A DNA stretch of 64,000 nt from an uncultured archaeon (GCA_964619405.1 CAZUCF010000004.1:4689-68688), one strand, 5' to 3'; positions 27,718 through 37,463 are shown, counted from the stretch's first letter. The notes: a model not told the origin generated them from the letters alone. Numbers and translations: made by a program.

Positions 27718-28914
27718 TTTACATTCTATTTCATTATTAATATTTTTTCCTTCAACATATTTTTTGTGTAAGTTTTCTAAAGTATTAACATCTAATTCTT
27801 CTAAAAATTTCATAAAACAATCTCGTCTGTGACATGATGGTGAACAAAATTTGCAATCATCATCTGGTAATTTTGAAACTGTTTCTAATCTTTCTTTGTT
27901 AAGCCATAATTCTTTTAATGGTTTTTCTAGAATATTTCCAAAATGTTTTACTCCTTGGTAAGTTCTGTGTCCGCAAACATATAAATTACAATCTGGCCCA
28001 ATGCATGCCCAAAAATTATGATTATAACATTTTTTTCCTCTTGAATAAAAAGCATTATTTTCTTTTTGATCAGCCGAATCAAGGTCTTCATCAGAGTAAG
28101 CAAACCAAACCCTAAATTTTTCGTTTTCTAATTCTTTTGCTTTTTGTTTTTGTTCTTGAATTTCTTTTATTATTGGTTTTATTGTTTCAGGGTAAGCGAA
28201 ATCAACCCTAAATATTATGTTGTCGGCTCCTGTTTCTTTAACTTTTTTTGTTGCTTCAAATATTTCCATGTGGTTTTGTTGTCCTATAACATAGCTCACA
28301 TCTATTCTCAAGTTACTTTTTGTTTTATCTCTTTTTTTGGATAATTCTTTTAAATTATTTATTGTTCTTTCAAAGCCATCCACTTTTTTTAAGTCAAAAA
28401 AAGTTTCTTTTGTTCCTGCATCAAGACTCAAATTTATTTTATCTGCTTTTAAAACATAATCAAGATATTTTTTTCCTTCTTTTGAATTTTTATCTAACCA
28501 TAAACCATTTGTGTATAATATAACTTTTTTCCCTATGTCCTTGAAAATTTTTATTCCATAAATAGTGTCTGGGTTTAATAATGGTTCGCCTGTTGTTCCA
28601 CAAAATTTAACGGTTTCAATTGTTAAACCATTAATTTCAAATTCATTAATTCTTTGAGCTATTTTTTCCATTGCTTTTTTATCCATTATATTTGGAAGTC
28701 TTTCATTTGTTAAAGCTAAACCAAAACAATGTTTGCATTTTAGATTGCAAATTGATGTTGGTTGTAATTCTATTTCATATGGAGCAGGGTTATTTCCGTT
28801 TAATACATCTTTTACTATTGTGTAATGATCATTAAACAATTGTTTTTCATAATCAAATGGGGCTTCATTTCTTTTAAATAGTTTTACAAAATTTTCTTCT
28901 ACATTTTTTTCCAT
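27703..28914 (-). CDS. Radical SAM enzyme with Cys-rich C-terminal extension (possible auxiliary Fe-S, SPASM/twitch-like)
   Basis: CNLKCKHC (CX3CX2C) after QPTSI. The C-terminus carries CYNHNFWACIGPDCNLYVCGH and CKFCSPSCHRRDC. Confidence 0.75.
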   Translation of the reverse strand: MEKNVEENFVKLFKRNEAPFDYEKQLFNDHYTIVKDVLNGNNPAPYEIELQPTSICNLKCKHCFGLALTNERLPNIMDKKAMEKIAQRINEFEINGLTIETVKFCGTTGEPLLNPDTIYGIKIFKDIGKKVILYTNGLWLDKNSKEGKKYLDYVLKADKINLSLDAGTKETFFDLKKVDGFERTINNLKELSKKRDKTKSNLRIDVSYVIGQQNHMEIFEATKKVKETGADNIIFRVDFAYPETIKPIIKEIQEQKQKAKELENEKFRVWFAYSDEDLDSADQKENNAFYSRGKKCYNHNFWACIGPDCNLYVCGHRTYQGVKHFGNILEKPLKELWLNKERLETVSKLPDDDCKFCSPSCHRRDCFMKFLEELDVNTLENLHKKYVEGKNINNEIECKIKIK

Positions 28915-29107
28915 TTAATTTATGTAGTGTTCTTTTTTAGTTTTATAAATTGTCAATATTTTTCAATATACTCAAATTGAGTAATATATAGTATATCAAA
29001 AAATATATTATATATTTTAATTAAAACCTTTTAGTATATAACCAGCAATATTTGGTATAGTGTATATATTGATAAGCCGTTTAAATATATCTGAATATAT
29101 TATTATT

Positions 29108-30106
29108 ATGAAAAGAAAAATAATAAGGCAAGGTCATAATACTTTGACTGTTACTCTTCCAAGTGATTGGGTAAAAAAACTAAATATTAAGTCAGGTGAT
29201 GAGGTAGATGTTTTTGAGGATTCAGGTAGTTTAGTAATAAATGGTAAGCAAAATGGTGAACATGATGTTGTTACATTAGATATAAATGGTTTGAGAGTCC
29301 CAATGCTTTGGCGTTTTTTTCAATCAATTTATCGTGAAGGTTATAATGAAATAAGAATTATTTTTGATCCTAGTAAAAAAGATTATGAGGGTGCTTTTAA
29401 TTATTATTCTAGTCAGTTTGAGTATAAGCGTTTTGGCGAAAAGCCAGTAAAAAAATCTGCTTTAGATATGATTCACGAACTAGTACATAGATTTATTGGT
29501 GTTGAAGTTATAGATACTGGGAAAGATTATTGTGTTGTAAGAGAAATGGGTGAATTAAGTGCGAAAGAGTTTGATAATTCGCTTAGAAGAATTTTTTTGC
29601 TTTTAATTGATTTGTTTGACAAAGTTATTAATGCGATGAAGCAAAATGATGTTGGGGATATTTCAATTTGTAAGACTATTCATTTAATGGATATTAATAT
29701 TGATAGATTTATTGATTATTGTTGTAGAATAAATAATAAAATTTGTGATTCTAGTTTTCAAAAAAACAAGCCTTTAATGTTTTCTACTTTGTTTTTATTA
29801 GAAATTTTAGGTGATGAATTCAAATATGTTGCAAATCATATGGCTCGTTCTAAATCAAAGGTAAAAGATGTTGTTCCTTTTGCGGAAAGAACAAAAAAAC
29901 ATTTTGAGAATTATTATAATTTGTTTTATAAGTTTGATAAAAAAGGGGTTATTGAATTTGGTGAAGAAGATTTTAGAATCTATAATGAACATTTTAATTG
30001 GAAAGAATCAAATAACAAGGATGCAAGAAGTATAACAAGGCATTTCATGCAAATAAGTAAATTTACTTTTTGTTTAATGGAATTACGAATTGAGATGGAA
30101 TATTAA
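29108..30106 (+). CDS. AbrB/SpoVT-domain + PhoU-like domain regulator
   Basis: MKRKIIRQGHNTLTVTLPSDWVKKLNIKSGDEVDV is a swapped-hairpin AbrB-like domain, followed by a helical PhoU-like region. The ORF track starts 16 codons earlier (29060). Confidence 0.55.
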   Translation: MKRKIIRQGHNTLTVTLPSDWVKKLNIKSGDEVDVFEDSGSLVINGKQNGEHDVVTLDINGLRVPMLWRFFQSIYREGYNEIRIIFDPSKKDYEGAFNYYSSQFEYKRFGEKPVKKSALDMIHELVHRFIGVEVIDTGKDYCVVREMGELSAKEFDNSLRRIFLLLIDLFDKVINAMKQNDVGDISICKTIHLMDINIDRFIDYCCRINNKICDSSFQKNKPLMFSTLFLLEILGDEFKYVANHMARSKSKVKDVVPFAERTKKHFENYYNLFYKFDKKGVIEFGEEDFRIYNEHFNWKESNNKDARSITRHFMQISKFTFCLMELRIEMEY

Positions 30107-30192
30107 TAAAAAATTATTTTAATATTTTTAAATAGTTAATTTTGTTTTCAATAATTTTTTTATTCATATTAATTGTTTTAGTTTTTTGAAAT

Positions 30193-31185
30193 TTATTTAT
30201 TATTTAAAATTGTTTCTAAATACTCCAAAAAAGTTGTTGCATAACAACCTTTTTTTAATTCAAATTCTAAAAAGAAATTATTTTTTTTAATAGTTTTTTT
30301 TATTTTTAGTTTGTTTGCGTTAAAATATGTTTCTCTTTCCAATTTTTTTAAACCAAGTTTTTTTTCAAACTCGTTTACTTCTATTGTTAATTTGTTTTTA
30401 ATATTCCTTGAAGCTTTTTTTCCTTTTAAATTGTTTTTCACAAAAAACAAGATATTTTTGTGTAGAAGTTCATTCCATTTTTTTGCTTGAACTGCTTTCA
30501 ACATTTGTTTCAAACTTTTTTTTTCTGTTAACAAAAAAGCTTTTTCAAAATCAACTTCTTTTTTTAACAATTCAAAAATAGGTTTTTTTGATTCAGGAAT
30601 AACTTCACTATTAATTAGTTTTTCCCATTTGCCCCAATAATCATTTATTTCTTTTTTTATTTCACTACTTTTTTTAGTATCATAATCACTTTTTTCTGTT
30701 AGAAAAAATTTCAAAGCTTTTTCAAAATCTTTTGTTTCAATTAATTCTGAAAATTCTTCTATTCTCTTGTCAAACCTTTGTTTTCCAAAATAATTTGTTA
30801 TAAATTCTTTTTTCCAATTAATTTTTTTAATTTTTTTTAGTTCTTCTTCATTTAATTCAACAAGAATCCTAAATTTGTTTCCATTATGTTTTCCAATATA
30901 AATTCTCTCATCGCTTCTTCCTTTGTAAGTAATATTCAATTCGTTTTCAACAATATTATCTATAGCATTTTTAGTACAAAACCATTGTTTTGTGCTAGCA
31001 TTCTTATCTTTTACGCCATTAAAACAAGCATCTCTTGGAATTCTTTTCAATAATTGTTTGTGGCTCAAACCTTTTTTTTCTACAATATAATACAAGTATT
31101 TTCCTTCTTGCCCAATTGTTGGTTTAAAAATTTCTTCTACAAAAAAAGTTTTAGCATTTAAAAAATATTTCATTTTAATCAACAA
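30193..31185 (-). CDS. truD: tRNA pseudouridine synthase TruD/Pus7 family
   Basis: GVKDKNASTKQWF matches the catalytic GxKDxxAxTxQ motif. NYFGKQRFD is also present. Confidence 0.75.
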   Translation of the reverse strand: MLIKMKYFLNAKTFFVEEIFKPTIGQEGKYLYYIVEKKGLSHKQLLKRIPRDACFNGVKDKNASTKQWFCTKNAIDNIVENELNITYKGRSDERIYIGKHNGNKFRILVELNEEELKKIKKINWKKEFITNYFGKQRFDKRIEEFSELIETKDFEKALKFFLTEKSDYDTKKSSEIKKEINDYWGKWEKLINSEVIPESKKPIFELLKKEVDFEKAFLLTEKKSLKQMLKAVQAKKWNELLHKNILFFVKNNLKGKKASRNIKNKLTIEVNEFEKKLGLKKLERETYFNANKLKIKKTIKKNNFFLEFELKKGCYATTFLEYLETILNNK

Positions 31186-31194
31186 TTTTTTTAT

Positions 31195-31935
31195 TTAAAA
31201 TTCTTTGTCTATTTCTTCTAAACTTTTCAAAATAATTTTTTTTACTTTTTCAGAATTATTCTTCATTCTTTCTAATACTATTTCAAATGTAACATCTTCT
31301 TCTCCTTCTTTCCAACAATCATAATCAGTAATAAGATTGATTACTTGATAAGGAATCTTTGCTTCTTTTGCCAAACAAACTTCTGGCACAGTAGTCATAT
31401 TAACTAAATCAGCTCCCCAACTTCTAAACAAATTACTTTCTGCTTTTGTTGAAAACCTTGGCCCTTCAATAGTAATAGTTATTGTTTCAGAACTATATTC
31501 TATTCCTAATTCAACACATTTTTTTTCTAAGATTTTTCTTAATTTTTTGTCAAATGGTTCTCCCATTGCTTCATGAATAACATTTCCTTCTTTAGTAAAA
31601 CTAGTTTCTCTTTTTTTTGTCATGTCAATAAATTGGTTTGGAAAACTAATTGTTTCTGGTGCTAATTCTTCTTTCAAAGAACCACAAGCACTAGTAGCAA
31701 TAATTATTCTTGCTTTTAATTCTTTTAAAGCAAAAATGTTTGCTCTGTAATTAATCATGCTTGGACTCAGTTCATGCTTGTAACCATGCCTTGACATTAT
31801 TACTACATCAATTCCATTAATTTTTCCTTTTTTTATTGGACTATGTTTTCCAAAAGGTGTTTCAATAATAACTTCTTCTGCTTCTTTTAACAAGTCAGGA
31901 TTCTCTAATCCAGAACCACCAATAATAGCAATCAT
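31195..31935 (-). CDS. mtnP: S-methyl-5'-thioadenosine (or purine nucleoside) phosphorylase
   Basis: IAIIGGSGL, SRHGYKHELSPSMINYRANIFALK, IEGPRFSTKAESNLFRSWGADLVNMTTVPE. Confidence 0.8.
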   Translation of the reverse strand: MIAIIGGSGLENPDLLKEAEEVIIETPFGKHSPIKKGKINGIDVVIMSRHGYKHELSPSMINYRANIFALKELKARIIIATSACGSLKEELAPETISFPNQFIDMTKKRETSFTKEGNVIHEAMGEPFDKKLRKILEKKCVELGIEYSSETITITIEGPRFSTKAESNLFRSWGADLVNMTTVPEVCLAKEAKIPYQVINLITDYDCWKEGEEDVTFEIVLERMKNNSEKVKKIILKSLEEIDKEF

Positions 31936-31995
31936 AATATCACAATTAATTTGTAATAGATTTACTTTTTATTTGTTTTTAATTTACAACATTAT

Positions 31996-33099
31996 ATGAA
32001 TGTTAATGGAAAACAGTATAGAACAATTTGGTTAAATGATTCTAATGAATTACAAATAATTGACCAACGATTTCTACCACACGAATTTGTAATTGAAACA
32101 TTAAATAATTTAGAAGAAGTAGTAATTGCAATAAAGGATATGCATGTTCGTGGAGCAGGTTTAATAGGGGCAACAGCAGGATATGGAATGTTTATTGCAA
32201 CACAAAATGCTCCAAAAACTTCTTTGTCAGAATTTGATTCTTTCATAAAAAAAGCTGGTGAAAAATTATGTGCAACAAGACCAACAGCAGTAAACCTTGC
32301 TTGGGCTGTTGACAGACAATTAAATGCAATTAATAAAATAGAAACAATTGAAGAAAAAATTATTGTAGCAAAAAAAGAAGCAATTATTATTGCTAATGAA
32401 GACGCAGATTATTGTAAAAGAATTGGTGAACACGGAGTAAAAATAATTGAAGAATTATATGAAAAAAAACAAGATACAATAAATATTCTTACTCATTGTA
32501 ATGCTGGTTGGCTTGCTTTCGTTGATTATGGTTCAGCAACTTCTCCAATTTACAAGGCACAAGAAAAAGGTATTCCAATAAAAGTTTGGGTTGATGAAAC
32601 AAGGCCAAGAAACCAAGGAGCTTCTCTCACAGCATGGGAATTATTACAACAAAAAATTCCTCACAAAATAATTGTTGATAATGTTGGAGGCCACTTAATG
32701 CAAAATGGTTTAGTTGATTTGTGCATTGTTGGTACTGACAGAACAACAAGCAATGGTGATGTCGCAAACAAGATTGGAACTTATTTGAAAGCTTTGGCAG
32801 CAAAAGACAATAATATTCCTTTTTATGTTGCTCTTCCATCATCAACTTTTGATTTTAGTTTAGAATCAGGAAAAGATATTCCTATTGAAGAGAGAAGTGA
32901 AGAAGAAGTAAAATATGTTCAAGGATTATTAAACGAAAAAATTGAGCGTGTTTTAATTACTCCAAAAGGTTCGAGTGCAACAAATTATGGTTTTGATGTT
33001 ACACCTAATAGATTAATAACTGGTTTGATAACAGAAAGAGGGGTTTGTAAAGCAAGTAAAAAAAGTATTTTAGAATTGTTTTCAGAACAAAAAAAATAA
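31996..33099 (+). CDS. mtnA: Methylthioribose-1-phosphate isomerase family (MtnA / eIF2B-related)
   Basis: LQIIDQRFLPHE, MHVRGAGLIGATAGYG, RPTAVNLAWA, THCNAGWLA, VDETRPRNQGASLTAWEL, VGTDRTTSNGDVANKIGTY. Confidence 0.75.
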   Translation: MNVNGKQYRTIWLNDSNELQIIDQRFLPHEFVIETLNNLEEVVIAIKDMHVRGAGLIGATAGYGMFIATQNAPKTSLSEFDSFIKKAGEKLCATRPTAVNLAWAVDRQLNAINKIETIEEKIIVAKKEAIIIANEDADYCKRIGEHGVKIIEELYEKKQDTINILTHCNAGWLAFVDYGSATSPIYKAQEKGIPIKVWVDETRPRNQGASLTAWELLQQKIPHKIIVDNVGGHLMQNGLVDLCIVGTDRTTSNGDVANKIGTYLKALAAKDNNIPFYVALPSSTFDFSLESGKDIPIEERSEEEVKYVQGLLNEKIERVLITPKGSSATNYGFDVTPNRLITGLITERGVCKASKKSILELFSEQKK

Positions 33100-33127
33100 T
33101 TATTAAAGATTTTTTAAAGGTTTTTTT

Positions 33128-33727
33128 ATGAATGAAGGTTATATTAAATTTAATTGTAATTTAATAGAGAAAAAGCCTCTTCCAAAAGAAGAATTAGTTG
33201 ATTTATTGAAGTGGAGGCAAAAATTATTTTTTTTAGGCTTGATTGGTGCTTACCCAAACGGAATTGGTTTTGGAAACATCAGCAAACGCTACAATCAAAA
33301 CAAATTTATTATAACTGGTTCTGCTACCGGTCAATTAAAAGAGTTGGGTGAAGAACACTTTGTTCTTGTAATAGAACATGATTTTGAAAAAAATTTTCTT
33401 TCTTGTGAGGGGAAAATAAATGCGTCTTCTGAATCATTGTCTCACGCAGCGATTTATGATTCTACTAATGTAAATGCAGTAATGCATGTTCACAACAAAA
33501 AGCTTTGGGATTATTTAATGAGAGAATTGCCTTTCACCTCCAAAGAAATAGAATATGGTACACCAGAAATGGCTAATGCAATAAAAAAAGTTATTGCTAA
33601 CCCAATGATTTCAAAAGAAAAGATTTTTGCAATGGGGGGTCACGAAGAAGGAGTGATTTGTTTTGGAGAAAACTTGGGTGAAGCGGGGGAAAGATTGTTG
33701 AAGTGGTTTGGAAAGATTAAATCTTAG
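33128..33727 (+). CDS. Class II aldolase/adducin-fold protein (MtnB or Ald2-like)
   Basis: GNISKR, ITGSATG, SSESLSHAAIYD, VMHVHN and a later GGHEEG. The spacing of the metal-binding His residues is typical of class II aldolases. Confidence 0.65.
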   Translation: MNEGYIKFNCNLIEKKPLPKEELVDLLKWRQKLFFLGLIGAYPNGIGFGNISKRYNQNKFIITGSATGQLKELGEEHFVLVIEHDFEKNFLSCEGKINASSESLSHAAIYDSTNVNAVMHVHNKKLWDYLMRELPFTSKEIEYGTPEMANAIKKVIANPMISKEKIFAMGGHEEGVICFGENLGEAGERLLKWFGKIKS

Positions 33728-33772
33728 CAAAATTTTTTTATTGTTTTAATTTTTTTGATTAATTCAATTTTT

Positions 33773-34564
33773 TTATTCAAACCCAATTTCTTTTGTTTTC
33801 ACTTTTTTTAGTTTGGTTTGTTTTTCTTCTTCTTCTTCTTTCTCAAGAACTAGTCTAATGAATGAGCCTGTTTGAGTAAGATTAATAGTCATTATTTTTT
33901 CTTTAACCCGCGTTCTTATCAAGTCCAATTCTTTCATTTTTTTCAAGTGATAAAAAAGCCATGCTTTAGTGGTTTTCATTTCGTCCCTATTAATTTTTCT
34001 CCCCTCTCTCAAAGCAAACTCTCTGGTTAGTTGTGTAAAAGTTTTTTCTTTATCATCTAATAGTAAGATAATTTTTTTTTGTGTCTTGTTTGGTTTAATT
34101 ATTTTTCTAAGATTTATTGTTGGCAAGTCAACTATTCCCCTTGCGCCCTTAGTAATTATTTCACATGGATGAGTATACTCTTTAGGAATAACATAGAATA
34201 ATTCAATAGGATAGTATTGTGAGGCCATTGACATAGCCATCTTCATAATCGTTGTCCCAGAACTAATGTTTACTGTGATTTCATCAAAAAGTTTAATATT
34301 TTCTTCTAGTAAATTAACCGTTCTTCTCAAGCAAGAATTAATATCGTGGTAATCAAAATAAATTATTTCGTAGTCAACAATATTTTTTATTGATTCGCCA
34401 ACCTCTTCAGCAAGAGAAGTTGTTTTTTCCCCCCATTTCGCGTTAGGAGCTTTTTTTGGGTCAGATGAAACAAAAATAATTTTGTTTGGTGACTTTTGTT
34501 TTATGCCATAAATTAGCCTATCTTTTTCCCAGCCAGCGAGAATAATTTGTAATCTTCTAACCAT
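33773..34564 (-). CDS. Csa3/CARF-like Rossmann domain + C-terminal winged-helix regulator
   Basis: N-terminus LQIILAGWEKDRLIYGIK...KIIFVSS and NISSGTTIMKMAM resemble the Csa3/HFX_2341-type ligand-binding domain. The C-terminus FTQLTREF...LFYHLKKMKELDLIRT is wHTH-like. Weak, by-eye assignment. Confidence 0.4.
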   Translation of the reverse strand: MVRRLQIILAGWEKDRLIYGIKQKSPNKIIFVSSDPKKAPNAKWGEKTTSLAEEVGESIKNIVDYEIIYFDYHDINSCLRRTVNLLEENIKLFDEITVNISSGTTIMKMAMSMASQYYPIELFYVIPKEYTHPCEIITKGARGIVDLPTINLRKIIKPNKTQKKIILLLDDKEKTFTQLTREFALREGRKINRDEMKTTKAWLFYHLKKMKELDLIRTRVKEKIMTINLTQTGSFIRLVLEKEEEEEKQTKLKKVKTKEIGFE

Positions 34565-34686
34565 ATCAAACCAATTAAGTGATTTTTACCACAAAAAACG
34601 TATTTAAAAAAGTTTAAATATGTATTGATTTTTTTAAGTATATTAAATTTTTTTTAAATAAGGTTTTTATATTCCTTACAAACAAT

Positions 34687-35013
34687 ATGTTTATGCTATG
34701 TATTAGTTCTTTGGAGAAAAACCCTAGTGAAAAAGTTTTTCAAAAAAAAGACTTAATTTTTTACATTGTCGCTTACTATCCCGGATTAAATTGTTCTCAA
34801 ATAACAAGATTATTAAGAAAAAAATTTTCTCTCTCAATAACAAATCAAGGAGTCTACAAACTATTAAGCGAATTAATTGTTGCTGAGATTCTAGAAAAAA
34901 ATAAATTAAAATATTTTGTTAATCATGATTGGATCTTGGTGACAGAAAAAAACCTTGAGATAATAAAAAATAGGGAACAAATAGTTGAAGAAAAAGAAGT
35001 ATTATTAGTTTAA
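34687..35013 (+). CDS. Small winged-helix DNA-binding protein, hypothetical
   Basis: GLNCSQITRLLRKKFSLSITNQGVYKLLSELIVAEILEK resembles a wHTH recognition region. Confidence 0.35.
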   Translation: MFMLCISSLEKNPSEKVFQKKDLIFYIVAYYPGLNCSQITRLLRKKFSLSITNQGVYKLLSELIVAEILEKNKLKYFVNHDWILVTEKNLEIIKNREQIVEEKEVLLV

Positions 35014-35559
35014 TTATTCTCCCTCAAAATCAACTATAGAAAATGCTTTTCCTTTACCCAAAAAATCGTTTATTTTTTTTGTTCCACCTAACTCTGGCAA
35101 GTCAATTACAAAAGCACACTCCTCTATTTGAGCACCAACTTTTTGTAATAGTTTACAAGCCGCAAGAGCAGTACCACCAGTAGCAATTAAATCATCTAAA
35201 ATTAAAACTCTGTCTCCTTCTTTTAAAGAATCCTTGTGTATTTCTATAACATCTTTTCCATATTCTAAATCGTATTCTTCGCTTATTACTTCGCTTGGAA
35301 GCTTTCCTTTTTTTCTAATGGGAATAAAACCCACTCCCAACCTATGAGCGAGTATTCCCCCAATAATAAATCCTCTTGACTCTATCCCTACAACATAATC
35401 AATTCCCTTGCCCTTATACCTCTCTTCAAAAACACTAATAACCTCATTCAAACCATCCTTGTCTTTTAACAAAGTAGTAATATCACGAAACATTATTCCT
35501 TCTTTTGGAAAATTAGGAATAGTTCTAATCTTACTTTTAATTAAATCATTCATAAACAA
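35014..35559 (-). CDS. apt: Adenine phosphoribosyltransferase
   Basis: [21 protein letters not shown] and the PRPP motif [13 protein letters not shown]. Confidence 0.85.
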   Translation of the reverse strand: MFMNDLIKSKIRTIPNFPKEGIMFRDITTLLKDKDGLNEVISVFEERYKGKGIDYVVGIESRGFIIGGILAHRLGVGFIPIRKKGKLPSEVISEEYDLEYGKDVIEIHKDSLKEGDRVLILDDLIATGGTALAACKLLQKVGAQIEECAFVIDLPELGGTKKINDFLGKGKAFSIVDFEGE

Positions 35560-35668
35560 ATTGAACTAAATAGTATTTTTATTTGTTTTGATTTTTTTAC
35601 AAATTAAAATTTTAGTTAATTGACGAAAAACAAGTCAAACTTATATTCTATTTAATTTTGTTTTTCTT

Positions 35669-36082
35669 ATGAATTATTATGTTGACTCTTGCGTGTGGAT
35701 AGATTTTTTGGAAAATAGAAAAAGTGGATTAATCCCTATTGGAGAATTTGCTTTTGTATTTTTTAAAAAATGTAAGCAAACTAAAAGCAAAATTTATTTT
35801 TCTAATTTAGTTTTCAAAGAAATATCTAAATATTTATCAAAAGAAAAAATAAATTTTTTTTTAAATGATTTTTCTGAGATTATTGTGTTTGTTGAATATT
35901 CAAAAGAACAAATTAGTTTAGCCAAAAAGTTATCTAATGAATTAGAGTCAATTCATTTTTCTGATGCGCTTCATGCGGTAATTGCTAAAGAAAATGATTG
36001 TGTTCTAATAACACGGGATAATCATTTTGATGAATTATCTTTTTTTGTTGAAGTATGTTTGCCCGAAGAAGTTTTGGGTTAA
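35669..36082 (+). CDS. PIN-domain nuclease (VapC-like toxin)
   Basis: N-terminal YYVDSCVWIDF (first acidic residue), a central acidic residue in EISKYL, and DALHAVIAKE...ITRDNHF. Confidence 0.65.
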   Translation: MNYYVDSCVWIDFLENRKSGLIPIGEFAFVFFKKCKQTKSKIYFSNLVFKEISKYLSKEKINFFLNDFSEIIVFVEYSKEQISLAKKLSNELESIHFSDALHAVIAKENDCVLITRDNHFDELSFFVEVCLPEEVLG

Positions 36083-36363
36083 TTACTTTTTTCATATTCG
36101 TTTAGTATTTTATTAGCAACCTGTTCTTTTGTTTTTCTGAATTCTTCATCACTCATTTCTCTTGTTTTTCCTTTAAATGCGCCTTTCATGTTTAACAATT
36201 TATCCCATTGTTCTTTTCTTTTTTGTTCTAACTCATAACTAGAAATGTTTTTTCTAATTGCTTCTCTAATAAACTCTGTTTTTGTTGAAAAACCAAATTC
36301 TTTCATTAAAGAAGAAATCTTTTTGTTTATGTTTTCATCAATCTTCAAACTAATGGTTTCCAT
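36079..36363 (-). CDS. Ribbon-helix-helix (CopG-like) antitoxin-type protein
   Basis: METISLKIDENINKKISSLMKEFGFSTKTEFIREAIRKNI has the beta-alpha-alpha RHH pattern. Convergent with the PIN gene, with a 4-nt overlap. Confidence 0.55.
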   Translation of the reverse strand: METISLKIDENINKKISSLMKEFGFSTKTEFIREAIRKNISSYELEQKRKEQWDKLLNMKGAFKGKTREMSDEEFRKTKEQVANKILNEYEKSN

Positions 36364-36464
36364 AATACTATGTAATACTAAGTAATATATAAAAATGCTT
36401 GTTTTTTGTGGTTTTGTTTTTTGTGACGCGTTTTCTTTAAAAACAAATTCATCTTACTTTTATC

Positions 36465-37463
36465 ATGAAAAAAGCAATTGTTACTGGGGTAACAGGACAA
36501 GATGGTTCTTATTTAGCAGAATTATTATTGGATAAGGGGTATGAGGTCCATGGAATAATGCGTCGTTCTAGTTCATTTAATACCGAGAGGGTGGATCACT
36601 TGTATATTGACCCACACAAAAACACAAAATTCAAATTACATTTTGGTGATTTATCAGATTCAAGTTCTATTGGTTCATTAGTAAGAGAGGTTCAGCCAGA
36701 CGAGTTCTATAATTTGGGTGCCCAATCCCATGTAAGAGTAAGTTTTGATATTCCAGAATACACTAGTGATATTACTGGTTTAGGTGTTCTAAGATGTCTA
36801 GAAGCAATAAAACAATTTTCTCCTCACACAAAATTCTATCAGGCATCTAGTTCAGAAATGTTTGGAAAAGTTGTTGAGGTGCCTCAAAATGAGAATACTC
36901 CTTTTTATCCTCGGAGCCCGTATGGTTGTGCAAAAGTTTATGGTTATTGGATAACAAAAAATTATCGTGAAAGTTATGGTATGCATACCAGTAATGGGAT
37001 TCTTTTCAATCATGAGTCTCCAAGGAGAGGAGAAACCTTTGTTACTAGAAAAATAACAATGGCTCTTGCAAAAATCAAACTAGGTTTACAAGACAAACTT
37101 TATTTAGGTAATTTGGATGCGAAAAGAGATTGGGGTCATGCTCGTGATTACGTGGAAGCAATGTATTTAATGCTTCAACAACCACAAGGAGATGATTATG
37201 TTATTGCTACAGGTGAAACTCACTCTGTAAAAGAATTTTTAGAAGAAGCCTTTTCTTATTTGAAATTAAACTATCAAGATTATGTTGAAATTGATAAAAA
37301 ATATTTTCGTCCAGCAGAAGTGGATTTATTGTTAGGGGATTCTTCAAAGGCCCAAGCAAAATTAAATTGGAAATCCAAAATCACTTTTAAAGAATTGGTA
37401 AAAGAAATGGTGCAAGAAGACATAAAAAAAGCAGAAACCCTCTATTATGGGACAAAGAACTAG
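36465..37463 (+). CDS. gmd: GDP-mannose 4,6-dehydratase (copy 1)
   Basis: [68 protein letters not shown]-like CTTTAAAAAC lies about 27 nt upstream of the ATG. Confidence 0.9.
   Translation: MKKAIVTGVTGQDGSYLAELLLDKGYEVHGIMRRSSSFNTERVDHLYIDPHKNTKFKLHFGDLSDSSSIGSLVREVQPDEFYNLGAQSHVRVSFDIPEYTSDITGLGVLRCLEAIKQFSPHTKFYQASSSEMFGKVVEVPQNENTPFYPRSPYGCAKVYGYWITKNYRESYGMHTSNGILFNHESPRRGETFVTRKITMALAKIKLGLQDKLYLGNLDAKRDWGHARDYVEAMYLMLQQPQGDDYVIATGETHSVKEFLEEAFSYLKLNYQDYVEIDKKYFRPAEVDLLLGDSSKAQAKLNWKSKITFKELVKEMVQEDIKKAETLYYGTKN

Noticed and set aside
27638-27832. ORF encoding MFVNYFMFVNYFMFINYF...
   Set aside because: It is generated by translating the 18-bp AT-rich tandem repeat and then runs antisense into the radical SAM gene.
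31996-33099. Alternative call as ribose-1,5-bisphosphate isomerase (AMP/RuBisCO pathway) instead of MtnA
   Set aside because: The protein has the N-terminal extension (LQIIDQRFLPHE) typical of MtnA and sits next to an MTA phosphorylase. No AMP phosphorylase or RuBisCO is present in the window. The question remains open without a phylogeny.
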